36,171 nt of DNA from Methanobacteriota archaeon. GTDB lineage: Archaea; Thermoplasmatota; Thermoplasmata; RBG-16-68-12. Under the pieces are notes generated by a model that saw only the letters and a list, made by a program, of their open reading frames with translations, was not told the DNA's origin and did no database searches. The translations under genes were made by a program, and so were the position numbers. This document shows positions 20,101-25,869 of this stretch, in pieces (the stretch's first letter is position 1; every line of letters starts with the position of its first letter). The stretch is from assembly GCA_005878515.1 (NCBI GenBank), contig VBLZ01000096.1, positions 1-36,171 of the forward strand, written 5' to 3'.

Positions 20101-23100
20101 TCGTTCGCAACCGGAACCGTCACCAGTTCCGGTCAGGTCGTCTTCACGATGCTCGGGTCCGACCCCGCGATGCAAGTGACGGTGCACAATCCGATTCCGC
20201 CGCCATGGTGGCAGTCCTCCTACATGCTTGCGATCTTTCCCATTGGAATCTTGTTAGGTGTTGCAATGTTCGCGCAACGACAGCGCTGGAGGCCCGCGAA
20301 GGCCTTCCTCGTGGACGACAGCGGGAGAATGCTCAGGGAATTCACCCTGGACTCGGCCTGCCTGGTCACGTACGACCAGGCGGTCCAGGCCGGCATCTTG
20401 GACGCGGTCGAGAAGCCAATCAAGGTCGCAAAGTACCACGGCCAGACGGTCCGCGGGGATGCACTGGCGGTCGTGCTCCTCGCCTACGGACCGGTCACGC
20501 CGGAGCACGTAGAGTTCGCTCGGGAGATGCTCGTCCAGATTCAGGACAAATTCGAGGACGCGGTCAAGCAACGTCTGGAAGAGGCCCGTGCCCAAGAGGC
20601 CAACGTGGCGACGCAGATGGACGACCTCGCGACCCACCGGGCCGAAGTCGAGGCCCGAGCGGCCGAAGTCCAAACGATGGCCCAGCAAGCGGAGACCGTC
20701 CAGGCGAAAATCACCGCGGACACCGAGGCCGTCGAAGCGAAGGAGCAGGATCTTCGACGACGGGAAGAGGAGTTGGCGAACAACCGCAAGGCCGTCGATG
20801 AGCTGGCCCGCCAAATCGAAGAGGACCGGAGCTCCCTCGACCGACGCACGGGGGAAGTTCAAGACCGGGCGGCCGAAATCGCCGCGAAGTCCGAGACGGT
20901 CCAGGGTCGAGAGGAAGCGGTCAGCGCGCTCGAGGAGACCCTTCGGGACCGAGACACGGCCCTCGCGACGGGAGAAGCCGGACTTCAGGAAATCCGGGAG
21001 CGCCTTGCGACGGACACGTCGGCGGTGCAAGCGAGACTCGAAGAAGCCGGACAGCGTGAGGAAGCCCTCGGTCGCAATCAAGAAAACCTCTCGAATGCCC
21101 GCGAGAAATTCGAGGCGGACCAGAGAGAGCTGCTCGAGTTCAAACGTTCCATCGACAGCCGGGTCAGCGCCGTCGAGGAGACCGAAGTCGCGATGGACCG
21201 TCTGTCGAAGGACCTCGCCGCGCGAGAAGCCCGCATCGTGCCCGAGGAGTCACGCCTCGCGGAGCGGGCGAATGTCGCGAACCAGAAGGAAGCCGATCTG
21301 AAAGCCCGCGCGGACGAGCTGACAACGAGAACCCAGACGCTCGACGGGCGCGAGCAGGAGCTGACCAGCCGCGAAGTCGCGGTCAACGAGGACCGCGTGG
21401 TCCTCGAGGAAGCGCGCGGGGCGTTCGAGTCCGATCGGAGAGAGTTCGAGGAGCGCAAGAACCAGCACGACGAAGAGGCGCGCCGACGTCGAAACGACCT
21501 GGACGGTCAAGCCAAGACGGTCGGCGAGAGTCAGCTTCGCTTGGCCCAGGAGAAGGAAAATCTCGATACTGCGCACAGCGAGAGGAGTCAGGCTATCCTG
21601 TCCCGGGAGATCGAGCTCGAGGCCCGCGAACAATCCCTCCAAGAGAACGAAGAAGCCAACCGCACCCAGGCGGACGAAAACGCCAGGCGCTTTGGCGAAC
21701 TGGCCGGTCGGGAGGAGTCCCTCGAAATCGAAGCAGCGAAGGCCGACAAGGTCCGGAGCGACCTCGAAGCCCGGAAGGCCGATCTCGCGAATCGCGCCAA
21801 AGAACTCGAGGAAGAGGGGGCTCGATTGCGGGGCGAGGAGACGAAGGCGGCCGAGGAGAGACGGACCTGGCAGACGACGTTGCAGTCCGAGCAAGCGTTG
21901 CTCAAGGGCCAGCGAGACGCGTTCGAGCAGGACGCCGCTTCGGCGCGTGCCTCGTGGGCCGATCGGGTAATGCGGATTGAGGCGCGCGAAGTCGACGTCG
22001 AAGAAAAGGAAGAAAAGGTCCGGACCGACATCGACTGGGTCGCTCGAAGCGACGAGGACCTCAAGCGCCGCGAGAAGGCCGCCGAGGAAGCGGGGCGGTC
22101 CGCGGCGCAGGTGCAGGCGAGCGCCGAACGCGCTACGAAGGAGGCCGAACAGCGATTCCTCGAGATCGAGTCGCGCGAACGCGCCCTTCGGGAAGAGGCC
22201 GCGCACGAAGCGATCGAACTCACCAAGCGGACGGAGGCGTTGAAGCAATTCGACACCGAGCTGAGTTCGAAACAGGCCGACTTCGAGAAGGAGCGAACGG
22301 TGCAGACCCAGCGACTCCAGGAGACCGAGACCGAGCTGCATTCAAGGGCCGACACCCTGGAGGCGAAACGCCGCGAACTAGAGGAACGAGAGACCCGCAT
22401 CGCGGGGACGGAGGAGTCGCACCGGCAGAGCGACCAGCGACTTCAGCAGGAACGTGCCGACCTCCAGGCGACCGCGAAACAGCTCGAATCCCACCAGCTC
22501 GAACTCGCGCAGCTCAAAGACCGTTACGAGTCGGAAGCCGCACGCGTCCGCAGTGAAGCGGAGGGCATGCGGCAATCCGTGGCGGCCAAGGAGTCGGAAC
22601 TGCATGCCGAGCGCGAGCGGATCGAGCGCGATTCGTCCGCCCTCCAGGAGACCCTCGGCGCGAAGGCGAAGGAGATGTCGGTCCGAGAACGAGCGCTCAC
22701 CGCGCGCGAGGCAGAGCTCCAAACCGAAGAGCAAGAGCTCGAGGCCCGCGGACGAGAGCTCGAATCAAAAGAACGCCAAGCCGAAGCCCATCTGACCGAG
22801 ATGTCCGCGCAGGCAATGGCCCTCATCCGGCGAGAGCAGGACCTGAACGCCCGAGGAACCCAGATCGAACAGACCGTGCGTCGGTTCGAGTCGGAGGCGA
22901 CGGAGAAACGCCGCGAGTGGGAGTCCCTTCAGACGAGCCTGAAGTCGCAGCAAGCCCAATTCACTGTGTCGTCGGAATCTCGCGCCGGCGAGCTCGCGAA
23001 GAAAACGGAGGAGCTTGAGGGACGGGATCGCAGCCTGCGCGCGTCTTCGGCCCAGTTGGAGGTCGAACGATCCAAGCTCGATGCTGAAGCGAAAAACCAA

Positions 23101-24462
23101 TCCGCCAAAAGCGCAGAAGCGGATGCGGCCTGGCGACGATCGGAAGCCCGTCTCGCGGAGCTCAAGGCGAAGGAAGACGAGTTGCTCCGTGCCCGCCAGT
23201 CCTTCGAATCGGACCGCTCCACCTGGTCCGCCCGACGAACCGAAGAGCTGAAGCAACTCGAGGCGACGCGGGATGCGGCCGCACAACAAGCCCAGCAGAC
23301 GGAGCGGCTCCTGGCGGAGTCCCAGCGCAGGGCCCTCGTCGCAGAAGAAGCGGAGCGCGCGGCAAAACGCCAGACGACCGACCTCGCCGCTCAACAGGCG
23401 CGCCTGGAGAGTCGCCGGGCCGAAGCCGAGAAGGCGGAGCGCGACGCACAAGGTCACCTGGCACAGTTGCAGGAAGCTTCGCGGAAATTGGCGGTCAAGG
23501 ACATGGAAATCGTTACCGCCGTCAAGGATCTCGAGGCGCGGCAGTCGAAGCTTGCGGCCGCGGAGAGGGATTCCGCGGCGATTCAAGCGGAGTTGCGCTC
23601 CCGAAAAACGACCTTGGACCAAGACGCCGCACGAATCACCGCGTCGTCGGACCAGCTGACGATGCGCCAGAAAGATCTGGAGTCGCGGACGGCCTCCCTC
23701 GAGACCAAGGTAGCCCAGGCCTCTACGAAAGAACAGGCCCTGGCGACGGAACTGCAACGCGCGGACAACCTCATGGAGGATCTCACCAAGAAGGAGCACG
23801 ACCTTCGCGCCCGCGAAGAGGCCGCGAAGACTTCCGAGAAGACTCTCGCGGCACGGGAGACGACCCTCGTCGCACGCGATGCCGAGGTCCGGGACGGGAT
23901 GCGGAGCCTCGAAAAGCTCCGCAAGGAAATCGAAGACCAGCGCGGCGCCACCGAGGAAGACCGTCGAACCGCGAAGACCACCCGAGAGGAAGCGGAATCG
24001 ACGAAGCGCGAGGCAGACAAGATCCGGGCTCAGGCCGACGAAATGCAGTCGGAGGTGAACAAGAACCTCCGGTTCCTCCAGAAGAAAGCCCTCGACGTGT
24101 TGGATCAGGAGGAGAAAATCCGAGCTCGCGTCGCCGCGATCGAAGGGGAGGAGAAATCGCTCGACACCCGGGCGGAAATCCTCGAAGGGAAAGAGCGGGC
24201 CCTCGAAGCGGACCAGGCCGCTCTCGACTCCAAGGTCGCGAAGCTCCAGGCCGAGATCGATCGATTGCGCGGGAGCATTGCCGATGCGGAGAAATCCGGA
24301 GGCCCGACGACCGCCGCGATGGAAGAGTGGAAGAAGGACGTCGAGAGTCGCGTGAAGATCATTCAGAAGAAGGCCATGGACCTGCTGGACCGCGAGGAGA
24401 AACTCCGGAAGAAAGAGGAGGAGCTCCGCGCGCTCGCGAGCCAACTCGGCGTGAACCCCTGA
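11176..24462 (+). CDS. Giant (4,428 aa) single-pass membrane protein. It has a signal/anchor, a ~3,000-aa uncharged T/S/G/A-rich beta-solenoid-like repeat ectodomain, a TM helix, a ~95-aa alpha/beta module and a ~1,300-aa charged coiled-coil tail.
   Basis: The ORF is an uninterrupted 13,287 nt. The GTG at 11176 is the first start codon after the in-frame stop at 11080-11082. It is followed by MKARTAFLVAFVMLATAALVVVSQ. The TM helix SSYMLAIFPIGILLGVAMFAQ lies at nt 20215-20277 and is followed by RQRWRPAK. The tail is E/R/A/K/Q/L-rich with very few Pro or Gly residues. Confidence 0.92.
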   Translation: MKARTAFLVAFVMLATAALVVVSQSMPDPLAKFRTPDGRLTIPGRALTPELQRLLFHGNDLQPLTNVTFLLPVRSSYPTERLVAISFASPNLNVLVHPRQAPETWGSAIDHVLRVWFPPVDWHEVAVGFRNSIRDGVGWFFDLFTMNAKADALTVDSTTVAVVDPAAATCTTSQSAAAGDNAVLVMLSNRGPTAYASVTYGSVSLSLIPGTATSGTGIVRSEMWFYQGAIPGGAQTMTATLVSGTAKQVCATVLLGGVLAATPTAGGTAASGTTANPNISISPASAGELAFAVLGIRGTTAPTAVTGTGATATSLYGIAPTQCAAAPNSFCGAGADMPFPGTAITWTDGNATDWVISAVRVLPTPNCGVASGNCYRIGAGGTWATGANWSNTSGGAACGCTPVATNDVIFNATPTGTTTLAAATTIASIDMTGFTGTLDTTASNWALTVNGPFAIQGTFQARSSTITITGDVDVLTAATIINLGASSWTVNGLWTNLSTSASWAAGTSTVTIRDATSGTLTFAALAGGANEFNNLTLDASVTTSITYTMAVNPLRMGATLTIRNSTGGATGPTILTTSASNFGITAGALAIATFGSLTANGSAIAFNGNVNVSAANGYVVMGTSAWTVTGTWTNASTSASWNPGTGTVTFTSATGGTMTFAGTNLPGNEFNNVSFNSSAASVQTFTMATRALIWGGTLTISDGSSTTALATANLGLTGGALSVGNGGILTANASTVTVSSVAMTGGTSGTITLTTGSFTSSGNWDTSGAGSVFTKGTSTVTMSGVANIAILNASNNFNSLVISAAGTVTQTGLVDVSGTLTVNAGSILASGTFTLTVATLAANMAGGITGGAAGTKTITGNVSIAASGYFGFGATTWNFGGSWTNSSTSGSWSAGTGTVVFNSGSSRTMTFANLGVSEFNNVQFGPTAAATFTMATNGLRWGGTLTLNNNATLSTTNLALTGPGGNLTVNNGATLTAGTSAVSVTNVAMTGGVSGTITASGSWTVAGNWDTSGGGSVLTAASSTVTMSGAAKTVKILNASNGFGALTISGTVTAASAITLAGLLTVSGTFDTTATNYGLSVGGGLTVSSATGVFRSNGSTVSVAGNVSVNNAGGYITSGGAGSWTASGSWTNASTSASWNFASPIMFNSSASQTMTFAVLPGAASEFTDIAFNSGASTVTFTMAANRLIWSGTLSVQGGAGATTLATSNLALTGGALTLGNGGVLTANASAVSVSNVAMTGGTSGTLTLTTGAWTVTGIWDTSGAGSTFAAGSSTVTMTGAGTTVKILDSSNGFAALTVSGTLSAASALTTAGLVTVSGTLDTTGANYGLTIGGGLTVSGATGVLRANASIVSVAGNVNINSATGYITSTAGGSWTASGSWTNSSTSASWSFVAPITFNSSASRTMTFGNPTLEFAGNVTFNSGASTVTFTMAANSLDVGGTLTIAGGAGTTTLNTSGSNLAINPATLVVNAGGALTANGSIITVTSMDTHLGTFTVGASTVVVNASGGSINVTQTVNNLTVTPAVSTTFTGSLTWTGTLAFTNAGSVAFGTNSLTSSGAATFTFASATITMSSGNWDTSSATTFTATSSTVTFSGTGNLRVGGSASFGALTVSGGTRTLQSQLTTSGLLTLSGGTLAKGTNALTANAGITMSGGALTSTSGAVSITGNVSIAAASYIVFGSETWTVSGSWTDNSTSASWSIGTATVAFNASSAQTMTFAALPGNAPEFYNVTFNSGASTVTLTMTTNALAWSGILTVQGGGGATTLATSNLGLTGGAIVVGNAGVLAANASAVSISGLTMIGGTSGTLTLTTGSWAVSGNWNTSGAGSAFSKGTSTVTFTGAGQTVSILNASNGFYNLAVSGTVTQSTAIDVTNSLTVSGTLTTGGFNITGGSNLSVPDGGTLAAGTSTSTFTNVTMTGSISGTITLTGAWTVSGSWDSTGAGSVLNPGTSTVTFTGTSQTISLAAGQTFYNLTIGGTVSINSSVTAAATLTVNNGAVLTKTGQTIAFNSLTQNGTGSIVDGAITVVNFSVTNSDGTNLTAISVFTTWTIDADYTWTHSSTVATSTITFTIGGNTIGHRFNVTKDAVDFTNGFVNGSGQIIFTMLGSDPVVDVRLTSPCGGNRYWIGGTGGWSQTGHWADSSGGVNGCSVPNSSNPVFFDASSGGGSVAINLNGAAASLNTTGWTGTIAIGSFDLAVSGDIIHAAGIISIGASSNAGLTATGTLTLSGSAVLDGSGVASLVAISGDTSIASTSAYFRMGSGTWTFAGSWSNSSTSTNWVAGTGVVIFDSPSSRTFTFANLAGNEFHDVTFQSTAGSGAIIFSMAANGLRWSGLLQIQDSAGSTTTLATLNLSLTGGSLAVGNSGVLIANASSVAVVDVAMTGGASGTLTLTSGSWTVSGQWDTSGAGSTFARGTSTVTMSGTSASVATLDATNGFNNLVISGTITQNTALEVRGTLSVTGRLTTAGNNITGGANLAISGGGSLIGTASSIVVSGVTMNDAGTNSISLTTGSISASGSWDTSGSSSAFIGGSSTVTLTAASGTIALGPAQALTSLIIAGSLSSVSPLTVSSLTISSGGLANGPHALTVNGNVTLAGGYLTSTSGSVSIAGTVNVSSASSYIAFGSGTWVISGNWTNASTSASWSAGSAVVTFNSTTDQIMTFAGANLAGNEFSTIEFDSGSSTTTFTMASDGLVAQTITIQGGPGTTTLTTSGASLPIIANALTVDVGGALTANASILTVRSLSTAAGAFAAGTSTVVVNISGGSINVTQTLHDVVVSPGISTTFASSITWSGALTLTSSTSIFDGNLTSSGPAVLNLGTSTLSIAGSWDTSSAATLMSIGSAVTFTGGSGSITLGAGQRFATLTIAGTVALGSDLTADTLSVTTSNVLTMTSHRIAFNSLTVNGTIADGSVNATDLTVTNSDTTALVTIAGFSEWSRGSAYAWTHTSSESSQTITWSIGGNAAGIPYTVTKDGSSFATGTVTSSGQVVFTMLGSDPAMQVTVHNPIPPPWWQSSYMLAIFPIGILLGVAMFAQRQRWRPAKAFLVDDSGRMLREFTLDSACLVTYDQAVQAGILDAVEKPIKVAKYHGQTVRGDALAVVLLAYGPVTPEHVEFAREMLVQIQDKFEDAVKQRLEEARAQEANVATQMDDLATHRAEVEARAAEVQTMAQQAETVQAKITADTEAVEAKEQDLRRREEELANNRKAVDELARQIEEDRSSLDRRTGEVQDRAAEIAAKSETVQGREEAVSALEETLRDRDTALATGEAGLQEIRERLATDTSAVQARLEEAGQREEALGRNQENLSNAREKFEADQRELLEFKRSIDSRVSAVEETEVAMDRLSKDLAAREARIVPEESRLAERANVANQKEADLKARADELTTRTQTLDGREQELTSREVAVNEDRVVLEEARGAFESDRREFEERKNQHDEEARRRRNDLDGQAKTVGESQLRLAQEKENLDTAHSERSQAILSREIELEAREQSLQENEEANRTQADENARRFGELAGREESLEIEAAKADKVRSDLEARKADLANRAKELEEEGARLRGEETKAAEERRTWQTTLQSEQALLKGQRDAFEQDAASARASWADRVMRIEAREVDVEEKEEKVRTDIDWVARSDEDLKRREKAAEEAGRSAAQVQASAERATKEAEQRFLEIESRERALREEAAHEAIELTKRTEALKQFDTELSSKQADFEKERTVQTQRLQETETELHSRADTLEAKRRELEERETRIAGTEESHRQSDQRLQQERADLQATAKQLESHQLELAQLKDRYESEAARVRSEAEGMRQSVAAKESELHAERERIERDSSALQETLGAKAKEMSVRERALTAREAELQTEEQELEARGRELESKERQAEAHLTEMSAQAMALIRREQDLNARGTQIEQTVRRFESEATEKRREWESLQTSLKSQQAQFTVSSESRAGELAKKTEELEGRDRSLRASSAQLEVERSKLDAEAKNQSAKSAEADAAWRRSEARLAELKAKEDELLRARQSFESDRSTWSARRTEELKQLEATRDAAAQQAQQTERLLAESQRRALVAEEAERAAKRQTTDLAAQQARLESRRAEAEKAERDAQGHLAQLQEASRKLAVKDMEIVTAVKDLEARQSKLAAAERDSAAIQAELRSRKTTLDQDAARITASSDQLTMRQKDLESRTASLETKVAQASTKEQALATELQRADNLMEDLTKKEHDLRAREEAAKTSEKTLAARETTLVARDAEVRDGMRSLEKLRKEIEDQRGATEEDRRTAKTTREEAESTKREADKIRAQADEMQSEVNKNLRFLQKKALDVLDQEEKIRARVAAIEGEEKSLDTRAEILEGKERALEADQAALDSKVAKLQAEIDRLRGSIADAEKSGGPTTAAMEEWKKDVESRVKIIQKKAMDLLDREEKLRKKEEELRALASQLGVNP
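12271..17526 (+). repeat. Ectodomain super-module 1. It has a Cys-containing head (NCGVASGNCYRIGAGGTWATGANW), six W-anchored repeat units and a beta-sandwich-like tail (TITFTIGGNTIGHRFNVTKDAVDF...IIFTMLGSDPVVDV).
   Basis: The first Trp codons of the anchor motif SWTxxGxWTNxSTSxSW lie at nt 12636, 13051, 13804, 14545, 15298 and 16228. Spacings are 415, 753, 741, 753 and 930 nt. By eye, units 4 and 5 are about 80 percent identical at the nucleotide level. Confidence 0.85.
17527..20193 (+). repeat. Ectodomain super-module 2. It has a head (SPCGGNRYWIGGTGGWSQTGHW), two W-anchored units and a tail (TITWSIGGNAAGIPYTVTKDGSSF...VVFTMLGSDPAMQV).
   Basis: The head and tail are clearly homologous to those of super-module 1. 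Anchor Trp codons lie at nt 17965 and 19057. The tail nucleotide strings ttcacgatgctcggttcggacccg (17483) and ttcacgatgctcgggtccgaccccg (20145) match. Confidence 0.85.
20215..20277 (+). other. Predicted single transmembrane helix of the giant protein (aa ~3014-3034).
   Basis: It is the only ~21-residue hydrophobic stretch after the N-terminal signal. The ectodomain side is uncharged and the C-terminal side is basic (RQRWRPAK), which by the positive-inside rule implies N-out/C-in topology. The local GC content drops visibly here. Confidence 0.7.
20560..24440 (+). other. Cytoplasmic coiled-coil region of the giant protein (~1,300 aa).
   Basis: The region is rich in E/R/A/K/Q/L, with long Pro/Gly-free runs. 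A degenerate xRE(E/Q/R)x(L/V/I)xxxE element recurs about 20 times. Examples are QGREEAVSALEE, DGREQELTSREV, EAREQSLQENEE, AGREESLEIEAA, ESRERALREEAA and SVRERALTAREA. Confidence 0.75.
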
Positions 24463-24508
24463 TCGGCAGCCACCCGGATTCGCCGCACTGGCCCCGTTGC
24501 GCCGAGCG

Positions 24509-25693
24509 CTAGTGCGAGGCCTTGCGAATCGCTTGATCGAAGTCCTCGATTAGATCATCCGTGTCCTCGAGCCCGACGCTCACTCGCACGAGCCCTTCGC
24601 TAATCCCGCTCGTCATTCGCTCCGACTCCGTCAAGGGACCGTGGGTCATCGACGCGGGGTGTTGCACCAGAGTTTCCGTCCCGCCGAGGCTGACGGCGAG
24701 CGTCGCCACCTTGACCGATTCGACGAACCGTCTGCCCGCACGATGGCCTCCCTTCAGCTCGAAACTCAACATCGCCCCGAAGCCGGACATCTGTTTGCGC
24801 GCGAGGGCGTGTTGCGGAAATGATCTGAGGCCGGGATAGTGGACTACCCGTACGGCTCGGAGGCTCTGCAGGGATTCAGCGAGTGCCTGGGCGCTCGCGG
24901 CTTGGGCACGCATTCGGATGGGGAGGGTCTTGAGCCCACGTCGAACGAGGAACGCCTCGAACGGGCCGAGTGCCGGTCCCAACATCTTGTACGTGAACCA
25001 GATGCGATCGAACAACCGAGGGGTCGCCGTGATGATGGCGCCGGCGACGACATCGCTGTGACCGCCGAGGTACTTCGTCGCGCTGTGAAGGGCCGCGTCG
25101 ACCCCGAGCTCGAGAGGACGTTGGTTGATGGGCGATGCAAACGTGTTGTCCGCAAGGCTCGTGGCTCGCACTGACTTCGCTGCATCGACCGCCTCGCGGA
25201 CATCCGTGATCATCATCGTGGGATTCGCCGGAGTCTCGATGTAGACCAACCGCGTGTCGCTCCGCACGGCTTCCTTCCAGGCCCCGGGCTTCCGAGGGTC
25301 GACGAAACTCGTCGACACACCGAACCGAGGAAGGAGACGTGTGAAAATTTCCGTGGTCGCGGCATAGAGGCTCGCTCCCGCGACGACGTGATCGCCCGAG
25401 TCGACGCACGCTAGGATTGCCGACGCGATGGCGCCCATCCCGGATCCCGTCGCGAGCGCACGGGCGCCGCCCTCGAGGTCCGCGAGCGTCTCCTCCAGTT
25501 CGCGGATTGTGGGATTGCCCCATCGCGTGTAGTATGCCTCGGGCGCCGTCGCAGCCGCGAATTCTGCACCTTGGCGGGCCGATTCGAGAGCCCACGTGGA
25601 GCTCGCAAAGATGGGCGTGACGATCGGACCGGGCCGCTTCCGACGGCGGCCATGGACCGCGCGGGTCTGGAGTCCGAGACGCTTTGCCACCAA
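24509..25693 (-). CDS. PLP-dependent Cys/Met-metabolism enzyme (cystathionine gamma-synthase / gamma-lyase / O-acyl-homoserine sulfhydrylase family).
   Basis: Family markers are LQTRAVHG...PIFASSTW, the PLP-lysine motif HSATKYLGGHSDVVAG, and a C-terminal SLGGTETLVQHPASMTH. The ORF-track start (GTG 25765) adds about 25 non-homologous residues. TTG 25693 or GTG 25690 lies 28-31 nt downstream of the AT-rich box AAATCTATTT (minus strand, nt 25717-25726) and gives a family-typical N-terminus. The exact start remains uncertain. Confidence 0.85.
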   Translation of the reverse strand: MVAKRLGLQTRAVHGRRRKRPGPIVTPIFASSTWALESARQGAEFAAATAPEAYYTRWGNPTIRELEETLADLEGGARALATGSGMGAIASAILACVDSGDHVVAGASLYAATTEIFTRLLPRFGVSTSFVDPRKPGAWKEAVRSDTRLVYIETPANPTMMITDVREAVDAAKSVRATSLADNTFASPINQRPLELGVDAALHSATKYLGGHSDVVAGAIITATPRLFDRIWFTYKMLGPALGPFEAFLVRRGLKTLPIRMRAQAASAQALAESLQSLRAVRVVHYPGLRSFPQHALARKQMSGFGAMLSFELKGGHRAGRRFVESVKVATLAVSLGGTETLVQHPASMTHGPLTESERMTSGISEGLVRVSVGLEDTDDLIEDFDQAIRKASH

Positions 25694-25816
25694 ACCGGGG
25701 CACGGAGGATTCACCGAAATAGATTTCGAAACCGAAAGAACGCGAGAGCGATGAGGACGGAACACGTGCGCATCGGTGCGATGAAAAGTTAAACCGGAAA
25801 GGTCAAAAAGGGGGGG

Positions 25817-25828
25817 TGTATAACAAGC
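25817..25828 (+). promoter_or_regulatory. TATA-like box TGTATAACAAGC upstream of the ferredoxin gene.
   Basis: It is an AT-rich element preceded by an A/G run (aaaaaggggggg), about 60 nt upstream of the ATG at 25882. A related string, GTTATACAAGC, lies upstream of the next gene. Confidence 0.3.
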
Positions 25829-25869
25829 TTCCGCCCGGTCGTTGTCTCACGGCCGGGCGACCCCGCCTA

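Noticed and set aside
13026-20123. Several long minus-strand ORFs inside the giant gene (454, 208, 303, 193, 282 and 325 aa) and plus-strand alternate-frame ORFs (401, 500, 418 aa).
   Set aside because: The V/P/A/T-rich or R/D/H-rich translations are mirror images of the T/S/G/A repeat coding frame. They repeat with the same periodicity as the sense-strand units, as expected for shadows.
12271-20193. Possibility that the periodic repeats are a CRISPR array, satellite or mobile-element repeats.
   Set aside because: The period is ~740-930 nt and the units are degenerate and strictly in-frame within one ORF. There are no short direct repeats with unique spacers, no terminal inverted repeats and no transposase, so these are coding domain repeats.
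20254-24444. Minus-strand ORFs of 275, 363, 270 and 559 aa over the coiled-coil tail.
   Set aside because: They are L/F/R/G/S-rich antisense products of GAG/GAA/CGC/AAG-rich coiled-coil codons and have no independent signals.
24349-24462. Idea that the terminal helix (LLDREEKLRKKEEELRALASQL) is an ESCRT-III-type MIT-interacting motif recruiting an AAA ATPase.
   Set aside because: It is only a loose resemblance to the (D/E)xxLxxRLxxL(K/R) pattern. No ESCRT, Vps4 or MIT-domain gene is in the window, and the nearby AAA ATPase is proteasome-type. It is too speculative to report as a finding.
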